DNA from: a virus
Taxonomy: Duplodnaviria > Caudoviricetes
IMG/VR virus record: IMGVR_UViG_3300047561_001345
Location: 1 to 25,334 of that record
Length of the DNA: 25,334 nucleotides
Direction: 5' to 3' (one strand)
The notes under the pieces are model-generated. The model saw nothing but the letters and a program-made list of their open reading frames with translations. It had not been told where the DNA came from and did no database searches. Positions 1 to 8,046 of this stretch are shown here, in pieces (within the stretch, counting starts at the first letter, position 1; each line of letters opens with the position of its first letter). The translations under genes and the position numbers were made by a program.

Positions 1-455
1 TTGTTATCTTTTCGATATATTAAATCGAATTTTTCTTCGATCTTAATATTCTTATTAAGAACTGCTACAAAATCATCACTTATTGCTAATGGGATAAGTT
101 CAATATCGGAATAGGTTTCATAAAAATTTAGCAGGATGTTAGCAGCTTTGGTTGTGAGACTAGACATGTTTCCGTAAGCGCTTTCGTGCTGCTCTGTAAT
201 AATATCATAGTGGTCAGTGTTCTTAGGAAACCATATCTTTTCCCACCTGTTTAGAAGGGAAGAATAGGATGGCGTAATACCAGCTTGTTTCTTATACCAA
301 AAGAAATACAAAATACTTTTAATACTTGATTCAAATTTAATTGTATATATATCTCTTGAATATATTTTTTCTGGAAGTTCGTCATTATACCTATAGTCGT
401 ATAATCTTTCGCATGTTTGAAAATCTTTAATTCCATTTACGGTTAAACTTAACAT
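1..455 (-). CDS. PD-(D/E)XK (AddB/RecB/Cas4-like) nuclease-family protein, runs off the window's left edge; not in the supplied ORF track
   Basis: ATG at 455-453 overlaps the helicase stop (TAATG) and the frame is open to base 1. Translation is MLSLTVNGIKDFQTCERLYDYRY...KIEEKFDLIYRKDN. The N-terminal 'I..FQTCER.Y.Y.Y' resembles the start of PDDEXK_1 proteins, and 'KFDLIY' resembles the GRIDLI motif. Confidence 0.7.
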   Translation of the reverse strand, partial: MLSLTVNGIKDFQTCERLYDYRYNDELPEKIYSRDIYTIKFESSIKSILYFFWYKKQAGITPSYSSLLNRWEKIWFPKNTDHYDIITEQHESAYGNMSSLTTKAANILLNFYETYSDIELIPLAISDDFVAVLNKNIKIEEKFDLIYRKDN

Positions 456-1918
456 TAATCAAATCCTTCACCATTTAGAAGTTGAGTGAGATCAGAACTC
501 TCACTATAAGATGAAGACGAAACTACTTCATAATCTTCATAAATCTTTTTAGAATCTACATATCTTACAAGCGGAGGGTCATATACAAATGCAGATCCGG
601 TTATTCTATTTTTAGGTATCTGGAGTTGCATTATATTTTCATCTTCAGTCTCATCATTCGATGCTAATCTTTTTTCAGTGATGAAAATAGTCACAGCACA
701 TTTTTGCTGAATAGCTAAAGAACCACCGGTATCAGACTGCTGAACTACCTCGCGCTTTTCTTTCATTCTATTAGAGTTTTCTTGTGCTGTAATAATCAAA
801 ACACAATTCATATCTCTCGCAAGCTTCTCTAGCTTTACCATCATCTCTTCAAACTCACCCCATCGTGGCTTACCCTTACCACTACCGCGAGTAAACATCG
901 ACTGAATGGTATCTATGATCACGATATCAGGCATCTTACTACTATCCCCAATAAGATCTCTCAGCCAAAATTCTAGATCTTCAAAATAAGGGGTCTCCGG
1001 ATCATGACGAATCATTAAACGATCACCCCATTCTTCTAGCTTTGACTTAAAGACAGATAGATAATGATCTTTCTGTTCTTTTGACCAATTGTCAGACTCA
1101 GCATAGACGTTATGTCCGATGATTTGAGTCATTAATATTCTTTCCCAATGACCAAGAGCTTCTTCAAAGTTTACATACAGAACTCTAAAGCCCGTATCTA
1201 ACCAGTGGTTAGCTAGACACTTTGCAAATGTGCTTTTACCCTTACCTGAGGGAGCTATAATTGCATGTACGGCCCCTCTGAAGAAGCCACCATCCTCAGT
1301 ATAACCCATGGCCTTATTGAGCGCTTTAAACTGCGTAGGCACAAAGTCTGGTATATCTAATAAGCTAGATGCTCTAGAGATAATATCCAATCCAGTTGTC
1401 AACTTACTAAATGGATCATACTTTAATTGATTCTCAAGATCTTTAATCTGTGAAGTTAGAATATTAATTCTATCAACATCATCTTGAGATTTAAGACCTT
1501 TTTTATTTATAAGAATCTGTAGTTCTTGTAGATAATTAAGTTGCTTTCTTTTATTAGCCTTATGCTTAATAAGTTCTAATATAGACTCTTTATTTGATGT
1601 CTCAACTTTGACAATAATATCTAACATTATCGAAACACCGGCTGCTCCACCAAGGGCATCATAAATGTCAGTCTCAGAAGACAGCCAAGACTTGAAAGCT
1701 ACTGGATCAACCTGTGACAATGTTGTTGACCTATAGAAAGATAGAAGTGCACCATAAAATTCATGAATGCCTTTTTCTCCATGAATAATACCCACAATAT
1801 CTTGTGGTAAATTTTGATTAAAGAACTCTATTGCCCCAGGTTCATTCATGCATAGCGAAAAGATTTGATACTCTAGCGGTATCTCATGTGTCTCTTTTAC
1901 ATCATCAAGAATCATCAA
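455..1918 (-). CDS. dnaB: DnaB-like (SF4) replicative helicase
   Basis: Walker A APSGKGKST, LYVNFEE, Walker B IVIIDTIQ, ITAQEN, SDTGGSLAIQQ, IPKNR; N-terminal helical domain; no intein. Confidence 0.9.
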   Translation of the reverse strand: MMILDDVKETHEIPLEYQIFSLCMNEPGAIEFFNQNLPQDIVGIIHGEKGIHEFYGALLSFYRSTTLSQVDPVAFKSWLSSETDIYDALGGAAGVSIMLDIIVKVETSNKESILELIKHKANKRKQLNYLQELQILINKKGLKSQDDVDRINILTSQIKDLENQLKYDPFSKLTTGLDIISRASSLLDIPDFVPTQFKALNKAMGYTEDGGFFRGAVHAIIAPSGKGKSTFAKCLANHWLDTGFRVLYVNFEEALGHWERILMTQIIGHNVYAESDNWSKEQKDHYLSVFKSKLEEWGDRLMIRHDPETPYFEDLEFWLRDLIGDSSKMPDIVIIDTIQSMFTRGSGKGKPRWGEFEEMMVKLEKLARDMNCVLIITAQENSNRMKEKREVVQQSDTGGSLAIQQKCAVTIFITEKRLASNDETEDENIMQLQIPKNRITGSAFVYDPPLVRYVDSKKIYEDYEVVSSSSYSESSDLTQLLNGEGFD

Positions 1919-2546
1919 ACTTGTTTCCCTTTATTCTCTTGTAGAGACTTTTATTATATTCAGACTTTCGTTTCTTCATACTCTGATAATACTCAGATGA
2001 AGTAACACTTTTCTTTGGCGACTTAATTTGTTCCGGTGGAGAACTCTTAATCCCATCTAGGATTCTATCACAAACACTCTTCTCATTAAGAGAATCATTA
2101 TATCGGAACACTATCAATACAATACCATTATCTTTACACCATTGTGCTTTTTTTATATCTCGTTTTTGCGCTTCTTCAAATTCATATTTTGAATCAAAAA
2201 ATCTACCAGTATAAAAAAAATGTTGACGACCATGAAACTCTATTGCCAACTTATAAGCAGGGCAATAGATATCTAGTTTCAGCTTATCTCCAATATGATA
2301 CTCATTAACTATCTCTTCGCCAGGAATTAATTTCTTTAGAAGAAGGGTCAAAGCTGTTTGACCTCTAGACATTTTACGTCTAGAGGTCTTAAGCCAATTC
2401 AATCCCATTGAATTAATTTTCTTATTCACTTCATTGATATCTACATCAAGTTCTTTTGCGATATCTGAAACTGAAAGATTTGTATCAAATAAAAGATCTA
2501 CTAAGAATTCGGTATCGTCTTCTTCTAGTCTTTTATGCTTTTTCAT
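1905..2546 (-). CDS. HTH domain fused to a Vsr/DUF559-like PD-(D/E)XK endonuclease
   Basis: N-terminal LSVSDIAKELDVDINEVNKKI (HTH), then LDIYCPAYKLAIEFHGRQHF and RDIKKAQWCKDNGIVLIVF, typical of Vsr/DUF559-type nucleases. Confidence 0.75.
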   Translation of the reverse strand: MKKHKRLEEDDTEFLVDLLFDTNLSVSDIAKELDVDINEVNKKINSMGLNWLKTSRRKMSRGQTALTLLLKKLIPGEEIVNEYHIGDKLKLDIYCPAYKLAIEFHGRQHFFYTGRFFDSKYEFEEAQKRDIKKAQWCKDNGIVLIVFRYNDSLNEKSVCDRILDGIKSSPPEQIKSPKKSVTSSEYYQSMKKRKSEYNKSLYKRIKGNKFDDS

Positions 2547-2547
2547 A

Positions 2548-3174
2548 TCAAAGTGAACTCTTATAAAGATTTAAAGTTTTACCAAAATCTACAACTGACA
2601 TATTTAGATTTTCCCATATCTTAGGCAAGAGTGCAAGACCAAAAATGCCACAGTCAAGAATGCAGTAATCTATCCCACCATCAAACTCAGTAAGCTGAGA
2701 ATATACTGAATCAAGTCTATCATAATGATTGTTATAGGGCACATTGATTACATGTGTATTATATCCAATATGTTTCTGAACAAGCTTTTTATCATGGAAT
2801 GATATAGTTACTGTCTTGCTTTCTTTAAAGAAAAAATCTAATACAGTATTATACACCTGTCTGTTATTCATGTAATAATATTCAAAAATATTTGAATAAT
2901 AATACTCTGCATTCTTGTTTAAACCAATTTTAAAATGTTTACCTGCATCAATGTCAGACATTAAAGTATGAGAAATTGCTTTCATTACTCTCTTATCTGA
3001 ATTCTTTAACGAAGAAATAATATTCTTTGCAAAAAAACTAGGAAAAGAATTTTCACTATTCTTGCTTAGTCCGACAACTGATGACTTTGGTACGTTGATA
3101 TAGCTAAACTTTTCGTGCCCCTGAAGGGCTTTAGTTACATTGATTAATGATTGAGTTGGATTTAGAAATGACAT
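2548..3174 (-). CDS. GT-D fold (DUF1792-like) glycosyltransferase-like protein, probably degenerate
   Basis: C-terminal VINVPYNNHYDRLD...YCILDCGIFGLALLPKIW...VVDFGKTL matches the GT-D pattern (I.CP..NAF..D...L.LGP.A..L...AIDLG). The N-terminal RFGDGE motif is replaced by YINVPKSS. Confidence 0.55.
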   Translation of the reverse strand: MSFLNPTQSLINVTKALQGHEKFSYINVPKSSVVGLSKNSENSFPSFFAKNIISSLKNSDKRVMKAISHTLMSDIDAGKHFKIGLNKNAEYYYSNIFEYYYMNNRQVYNTVLDFFFKESKTVTISFHDKKLVQKHIGYNTHVINVPYNNHYDRLDSVYSQLTEFDGGIDYCILDCGIFGLALLPKIWENLNMSVVDFGKTLNLYKSSL

Positions 3175-3867
3175 TTAAACTCCAAAAATTCCCCAGTCAA
3201 TTAAGACTGGATTAGGATCTACTATTGAATTAATATGATCTAGATTGTGAAACTCTCCACCATCTAATTTTGAATATCTATCAAATTTTGACTGCTTATC
3301 TGCGTCCCTAATGTAACCTAAGTGCTGCATAACTAAGTTAGAGTTATGCCAAAAATTTCTAGCACGAAGCCAATCTACAACATACGTTGGCTCTGATCCA
3401 CACGCAAGTCTTTTATTTGCAAATCCGCCATTATCAACATATTTAAATATTCTAGAACTATTATTAGGAGCCCAAAGTTTATCTACCCTATATTGAGTTT
3501 CATTCCACATATGATAAAAACGTACATTAACTACATCAAAAGGAGAATTATATAACACTTTTTTTATTTCATCATCTCCAATATGAAATAACTTTTCATC
3601 ACAATCGATTGCAATAACCCAGTCACCTGTCTTGGCAAACTTTTGAAGATTACCCCAAGCAAGGGCTCTAAGCTGACCTTCATGTTCTGTAAACATCGGA
3701 CGTGGAGTTTGGAATACCTCAGCGTATTTAGAGGCAATCTCTAAAGTATCGTCTTCTGATCCATCATCTGTAAAAATTACTTTATCAACTTGAGTTGATA
3801 TTCTTTGTAGAACTTCTTCTAAAAATCTAGAAGATTCATTTCTTCCAATCATTTGAGCGTAAATCAT
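3175..3867 (-). CDS. GT2-family (GT-A fold) glycosyltransferase
   Basis: MIGRNE, IFTDDGSEDDT, DxD motif AIDCDE, C-terminal HLGY; SD AAGGAG upstream. Confidence 0.88.
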   Translation of the reverse strand: MIYAQMIGRNESSRFLEEVLQRISTQVDKVIFTDDGSEDDTLEIASKYAEVFQTPRPMFTEHEGQLRALAWGNLQKFAKTGDWVIAIDCDEKLFHIGDDEIKKVLYNSPFDVVNVRFYHMWNETQYRVDKLWAPNNSSRIFKYVDNGGFANKRLACGSEPTYVVDWLRARNFWHNSNLVMQHLGYIRDADKQSKFDRYSKLDGGEFHNLDHINSIVDPNPVLIDWGIFGV

Positions 3868-3879
3868 TTACTTCTCCTT

Positions 3880-3920
3880 AAAAACAGATGTGGAGGGGAG
3901 ACAAACTCCCCTCCATGTCT
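3880..3920 (-). terminator. GC-rich hairpin, probable intrinsic terminator after the 63-aa gene
   Basis: Minus strand TGGAGGGGAG-TTTGT-CTCCCCTCCA (10-bp perfect stem), followed by CATCTGTTTTT. Confidence 0.65.
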
Positions 3921-3940
3921 ATATGCGAATAGGACTAACT

Positions 3941-4132
3941 TCAGCCAATAAGCTGTTCACGAGCCTGTGAAGCAGAAATTCGCTCTACTTCAACATCCTT
4001 GAAAACAACCTCACCAGGAACATTTGCATTGCGACGATTGCTCATAGCAATCTTTTCAGCATCAGTCTTATTGTTAGCCTTCACAATAGTGGTGCTTGTT
4101 ACTGCAAAATACTTGAACTTGTTGTCTGACAT
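3941..4132 (-). CDS. small hypothetical protein (63 aa)
   Basis: SD GAAAGG upstream; fills the gap before the hairpin; 'Y..V.....VKANNKTDAEKIA' pattern is common in small phage proteins. Confidence 0.8.
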   Translation of the reverse strand: MSDNKFKYFAVTSTTIVKANNKTDAEKIAMSNRRNANVPGEVVFKDVEVERISASQAREQLIG

Positions 4133-4147
4133 TTTTGACCTTTCTTG

Positions 4148-4552
4148 TCAATTTGATGGATAATTTGTCGATAGATATTCTATAGCATCTTGCATTGAAG
4201 ATGCAAGTTTAGTTGCCATATATTGTAAATAAACTCTGTTTTTATTTTTATCGCAACAGAATACAACTGCTGGTTGACCATGCATTTTTGCCCAGGCTAA
4301 CTCAAAATCTGTACCAATGTACGCTCTATCTGAAAGCATGTATTCCACTAAAAGTAGATCAGCTCTTTTCTGTAGAAATAGATTTTTTTCTACAATTTCT
4401 TCAGGAGTTTCATAGCCTGTATCTACAATGCTCATTGGATCAAGTACATCATATCCAGCTAAGTGCAGACTATGTGTTGCGACTTTACGCCAAACTGCCC
4501 CATAATCTTCGACACCTTCAATAGCTCCAGATAGAAATACTTTAAGAGCCAT
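4148..4552 (-). CDS. nucleoside 2-deoxyribosyltransferase / DNPH1(Rcl)-like nucleotide N-glycosidase
   Basis: KVFLSGAIEG, VLDP, RADLLLVE, GTDFELAWA (catalytic Glu motif). Confidence 0.8.
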   Translation of the reverse strand: MALKVFLSGAIEGVEDYGAVWRKVATHSLHLAGYDVLDPMSIVDTGYETPEEIVEKNLFLQKRADLLLVEYMLSDRAYIGTDFELAWAKMHGQPAVVFCCDKNKNRVYLQYMATKLASSMQDAIEYLSTNYPSN

Positions 4553-4917
4553 TACGATCTCTTTTCTCCAAAATATGGTTTAGCCATATTAGATTCAATC
4601 ATGTCAGTATTGAGACAATCTAAGCCATTAAGATCATACACTTCAGCTAAAACTCTTCCATACTTTTCTGTTTTATCTTTGAATGTTCTAATTTTAATTT
4701 CATAGCCTCTTTTATCAAACCAGATTTTAACATATTCTTTTGCTTCTAAACCAAGTTTTTTTTCTTCTAAATTAGAAGTTCGTGACTCCGCAGCATTTAT
4801 ACCAAATAGTCTGACTCGCATACAATGCCATACATCAAAACCTAAATCGACATCAATATCTAAAGTATCTCCATCAATAACTTTTACTACTTTAGCTTTA
4901 TACCAATAAAGTTCCAT
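4552..4917 (-). CDS. thermonuclease (staphylococcal nuclease, SNase) family protein
   Basis: VKVIDGDTLDIDVDLGF, RVRLFGINAAE, EKYGRVLAEV; no signal peptide. Confidence 0.9.
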   Translation of the reverse strand: MELYWYKAKVVKVIDGDTLDIDVDLGFDVWHCMRVRLFGINAAESRTSNLEEKKLGLEAKEYVKIWFDKRGYEIKIRTFKDKTEKYGRVLAEVYDLNGLDCLNTDMIESNMAKPYFGEKRS

Positions 4918-4920
4918 TAA

Positions 4921-5724
4921 TTAATCTCTTTCTATACCCATGTAATCGCATGCTTTTCTAAAAATTTCTCTACTTATAGGAAAGAATGAGTCAGCTTCAC
5001 TAAAACCTTCTCCAGGTTTTGGAGAAGAGGCGTGCCAGCTATGTCCAACAGATACCGATCCGTCATATACAACATTATAATCTAAGTGACGGGCAAAGTA
5101 TGAACACCAAGTTTCCTCATAATAATGAGGAGTGGGCAAGAATGCACCAGTAGCATCCGGATAAAGTTCTCTATACTTTTCATTATTCATGAGAGCGTTC
5201 CAAACATCTCTCCTAATAAAATAGGCTGAACCAGATACTGTTACACAATCTATTCTATCTCTATACATCACATCTGACGGATCATATTCTCTCCACCCTC
5301 TATGCTTCGGTTCAACATTAGTTCCAATAATGCCAGCGTGCGTGATAAAGCCATTTTCATCGCGTTGCTTTGGACCTAAAATATGAATATCTGGATTCTC
5401 TTCAAAAATTCTATTTATCTTAAATAGATCCGAACTCGTCATCCATACATCCGCATTAAGTAATGCGATGATATCACCCTTAGAATGGGCAGCTAATTGA
5501 TTACACGCTGCAGAATATCCAATATTCTCATTCTTAAAGGCTGCACTTATCTGATATTTAAACCCCTCGTTTTGTAACCACTCTAAACTATCGTCAGTAG
5601 AACCATTATCTGAGATATAGAGATTCCAAGCTTTTGGAACCTGATGGATATCACTATGAAGTGTATCCAAAAATCTAGCCAACAATGGTCTGGTATTATA
5701 GTTTATAATACATAAATCTATCAT
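4921..5724 (-). CDS. GT2-family glycosyltransferase (WbbL/rhamnosyltransferase-like)
   Basis: IINYN, SDNGSTD, NIGYSAACNQ, LLNAD, VSGSAYFIRR, YYEET, VGH. Confidence 0.9.
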   Translation of the reverse strand: MIDLCIINYNTRPLLARFLDTLHSDIHQVPKAWNLYISDNGSTDDSLEWLQNEGFKYQISAAFKNENIGYSAACNQLAAHSKGDIIALLNADVWMTSSDLFKINRIFEENPDIHILGPKQRDENGFITHAGIIGTNVEPKHRGWREYDPSDVMYRDRIDCVTVSGSAYFIRRDVWNALMNNEKYRELYPDATGAFLPTPHYYEETWCSYFARHLDYNVVYDGSVSVGHSWHASSPKPGEGFSEADSFFPISREIFRKACDYMGIERD

Positions 5725-5981
5725 TTATTAACCTTTGAAATTAGTAAGTTAAATGCTTCTTCCGCATCTAAACCATGATCGATGAGCATAAAAAATCTTT
5801 TATTAACTTCTAATAGATTACTTGAATCAAAAAACTCAATAAATCTATTTAAATATTGATCTAAATTTTGATTATACTCAAATTTTTCTAACATATTAAT
5901 GTAGTGCTTTCTTAATAAGAAAAAACATAAAATAGCAGAACATGCTAATATAAACTTACCAGTCTTCGTATTCATCATCAT
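5721..5981 (-). CDS. hypothetical protein with N-terminal membrane anchor
   Basis: Hydrophobic FILACSAILCFFLL flanked by basic residues; ATGA overlap with the next gene. Confidence 0.7.
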   Translation of the reverse strand: MMMNTKTGKFILACSAILCFFLLRKHYINMLEKFEYNQNLDQYLNRFIEFFDSSNLLEVNKRFFMLIDHGLDAEEAFNLLISKVNK

Positions 5982-6189
5982 TAAGAAAGTTATTTTCCTC
6001 AGACTGATATCTGATAGAGTCAGCTATATCTCTAAACGCTTGTGCATCAGATTCATTATCTTGCTCTGTTGCCAAGAAATCATAAGTAGCTGCTACATGC
6101 ATGAAAATGTCATAGCTCATAACTACTGCTGTTTCACCTGGAACAAGTTTAATGTTAAGCTTTTTTCTATTCAATTGTTTCTTGCTCAT
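5956..6189 (-). CDS. hypothetical protein (77 aa)
   Basis: Co-oriented ORF tiling the block; basic N-terminus, acidic C-terminus. Confidence 0.7.
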   Translation of the reverse strand: MSKKQLNRKKLNIKLVPGETAVVMSYDIFMHVAATYDFLATEQDNESDAQAFRDIADSIRYQSEENNFLNDDEYEDW

Positions 6190-6385
6190 TGTTTTCTTTC
6201 TCTTCTATTTTATGTAAACAAATATTATCATTCTCTGGTTCAAACGTTATAAAGAAGATATTTTTATCTTCAGTTGACAGCCCTTCTGGAGGAGGGCTAT
6301 CTACTGCTATCTTCTTTGTAGAAGAACCATATATCTGACTGTGATTCTTATATACCACAATATAATTAAGCTTTGAGGCTGGCAC
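6167..6385 (-). CDS. hypothetical protein (about 72 aa; GTG start at 6385 preferred over 6439)
   Basis: In-frame GTG at 6385 is preceded by TAAGG and reduces the overlap with the dCMP deaminase. Confidence 0.6.
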   Translation of the reverse strand: MPASKLNYIVVYKNHSQIYGSSTKKIAVDSPPPEGLSTEDKNIFFITFEPENDNICLHKIEEKENNEQETIE

Positions 6386-6842
6386 TTGATACCTTATATG
6401 TCTTGATATTAGATGCGAATAAAAATTTTTCCACATCATCCCAATTGGAATATGCTAAATCTTCTATGTAATAGACATGTTTAACAGTTGAATTAGCAAT
6501 TAGTTTAGCACATGAGAAACATGGCGGTCCATTAACATATAGCTTCGTTGGACGAGCAGAGTAATCTGAATGAAGCAACGCATTTGCTTCTGCGTGAATC
6601 GCAATACAGTTATCGTAGTTACTTCCATTTGGAGAGCCCTGTAATGCCCTAGGACATCCTCCATCATTGCAATGAACAGAACCACTAGGGCCACCATTAT
6701 AACCGAAACCTACTACATGCCCCAAATCATCTATCAATATAGAACCATATTGACGCTTTGAACATGTAGCAAAAATTTCAGATATACTCAAACACAATTT
6801 CATGTATTGAACATCTTTAGGTGTAATTGTATAGATGTTCAT
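6366..6842 (-). CDS. dCMP deaminase
   Basis: CSKRQYG, GFGYNG, Zn-binding HAEANAL and PCFSC. Confidence 0.93.
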   Translation of the reverse strand: MNIYTITPKDVQYMKLCLSISEIFATCSKRQYGSILIDDLGHVVGFGYNGGPSGSVHCNDGGCPRALQGSPNGSNYDNCIAIHAEANALLHSDYSARPTKLYVNGPPCFSCAKLIANSTVKHVYYIEDLAYSNWDDVEKFLFASNIKTYKVSSASLKA

Positions 6843-6997
6843 AACACAACTAGACCAGCTATTGCTGACGAAACCACAGCCACTAACACAGAGATATACC
6901 TAATAGATTTATTTTGATTACCAAGATTTAGTACATGCATTGCGCATGTCCAATTGATTAATACTACAAATATCAAGATCTTTAATGAGTAATCCAT
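6839..6997 (-). CDS. small two-helix membrane protein (52 aa); not in the supplied ORF track
   Basis: MDYSLKILIFVVLINWTCAMHVLNLGNQNKSIRYISVLVAVVSSAIAGLVVL*. Starts 1 nt after the thyX stop and ends in an ATGA overlap with the deaminase start. Confidence 0.75.
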   Translation of the reverse strand: MDYSLKILIFVVLINWTCAMHVLNLGNQNKSIRYISVLVAVVSSAIAGLVVL

Positions 6998-6998
6998 A

Positions 6999-7679
6999 TC
7001 AACCTACCAAAAGTTCCATTGAAATTGGAAACTTATCTTTAACTAATTCTCTTATTGCTTTAGCATACTCTTGAATTTCTACCTGCGAATCTTCTGCTAA
7101 TCTTTGATTCAAGAAAAGCATAACGGACTGAAGACTAGCTGACCAACGATAGTTCACATACATGCCGTATGCAGGAAGAAAAAGGCGAGCTTGCTCTGCG
7201 CAAATTCCATCTCGCATTGCACTTTCGTATAGTGCAACGCCCTGTGAGTAATAATTAATTAAGGCGTGAGTATATTCATCAGCTATAATTGGACTGATAG
7301 GCTCGCCAGATCCTTGTTTCTTATTCTCCGGAGCAGAACGCCATACATCTGGAACATAAAATTCTGGATCAGAAGTTACATAACGACGACTAGATTCATT
7401 CCAGCCATCCATAGTATGATCGCTACCAACAATGTATTTCCAATGTTGACGAGCAACCATTAATGGAGCTTTAAATTCAAATGTCATAAACGCATGGCGA
7501 AATGGTGACATATGCCCTTCTCTAACCAAGAAGCTAATGAGTTTCTCGTCTGCTGGAGTTAATTCATTTGATTCTTTTGCGAATGAAGCCCGAGCAGCAT
7601 TTACTACACTTAAATCAGATCCCATTACATCTACGAGTCGAACATATCCATTATCTAATACTTCAATCATCTCATTCAC
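6999..7679 (-). CDS. thyX: flavin-dependent thymidylate synthase ThyX
   Basis: VVNAARAS, HMSPFRH, APLMVARQ, NESSRRY, EQARLFLP, QRL..DSQ.EI. Confidence 0.93.
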   Translation of the reverse strand: MNEMIEVLDNGYVRLVDVMGSDLSVVNAARASFAKESNELTPADEKLISFLVREGHMSPFRHAFMTFEFKAPLMVARQHWKYIVGSDHTMDGWNESSRRYVTSDPEFYVPDVWRSAPENKKQGSGEPISPIIADEYTHALINYYSQGVALYESAMRDGICAEQARLFLPAYGMYVNYRWSASLQSVMLFLNQRLAEDSQVEIQEYAKAIRELVKDKFPISMELLVG

Positions 7680-8037
7680 CTTCTTCTTCGTCTTCTTCGT
7701 CTTCTACCTCAAAGTCTTCATCATCTTCAAAAGCCTCTGCATAATATTCTACCATGCATTCATTAAAGTCTTCTGATATCTTATAAATTGAAGTAAGAAG
7801 ATTATGGTAAATTGAATCATTGTCAAAGATAAAATCTTCACCCATTAATTGACCCATCATTATCTCAGATATATTCGATATAACATCGGTCAAAGATTGC
7901 TGAATAAGAAGGAGCTCTTTGGCATTTATGCGAACTTTAGCTTCAAAGTTTTCACTAATATCTTTTAACTCATCAGAGTTAACCATCTCTGTGAAAATTT
8001 TTTCAAAGTCTTTATTCTCATTATTTTCGCTTGACAT
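7672..8037 (-). CDS. highly acidic hypothetical protein
   Basis: 121 aa, helical, C-terminal EAFEDDEDFEVEDEEDEEEGE; SD AGGA upstream. Confidence 0.8.
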   Translation of the reverse strand: MSSENNENKDFEKIFTEMVNSDELKDISENFEAKVRINAKELLLIQQSLTDVISNISEIMMGQLMGEDFIFDNDSIYHNLLTSIYKISEDFNECMVEYYAEAFEDDEDFEVEDEEDEEEGE

Positions 8038-8046
8038 TTTTTCCTA

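Noticed and set aside
251-436. 61-aa minus-strand ORF in the track
   Set aside because: Out-of-frame shadow inside the longer helicase-coupled ORF 455 to <1.
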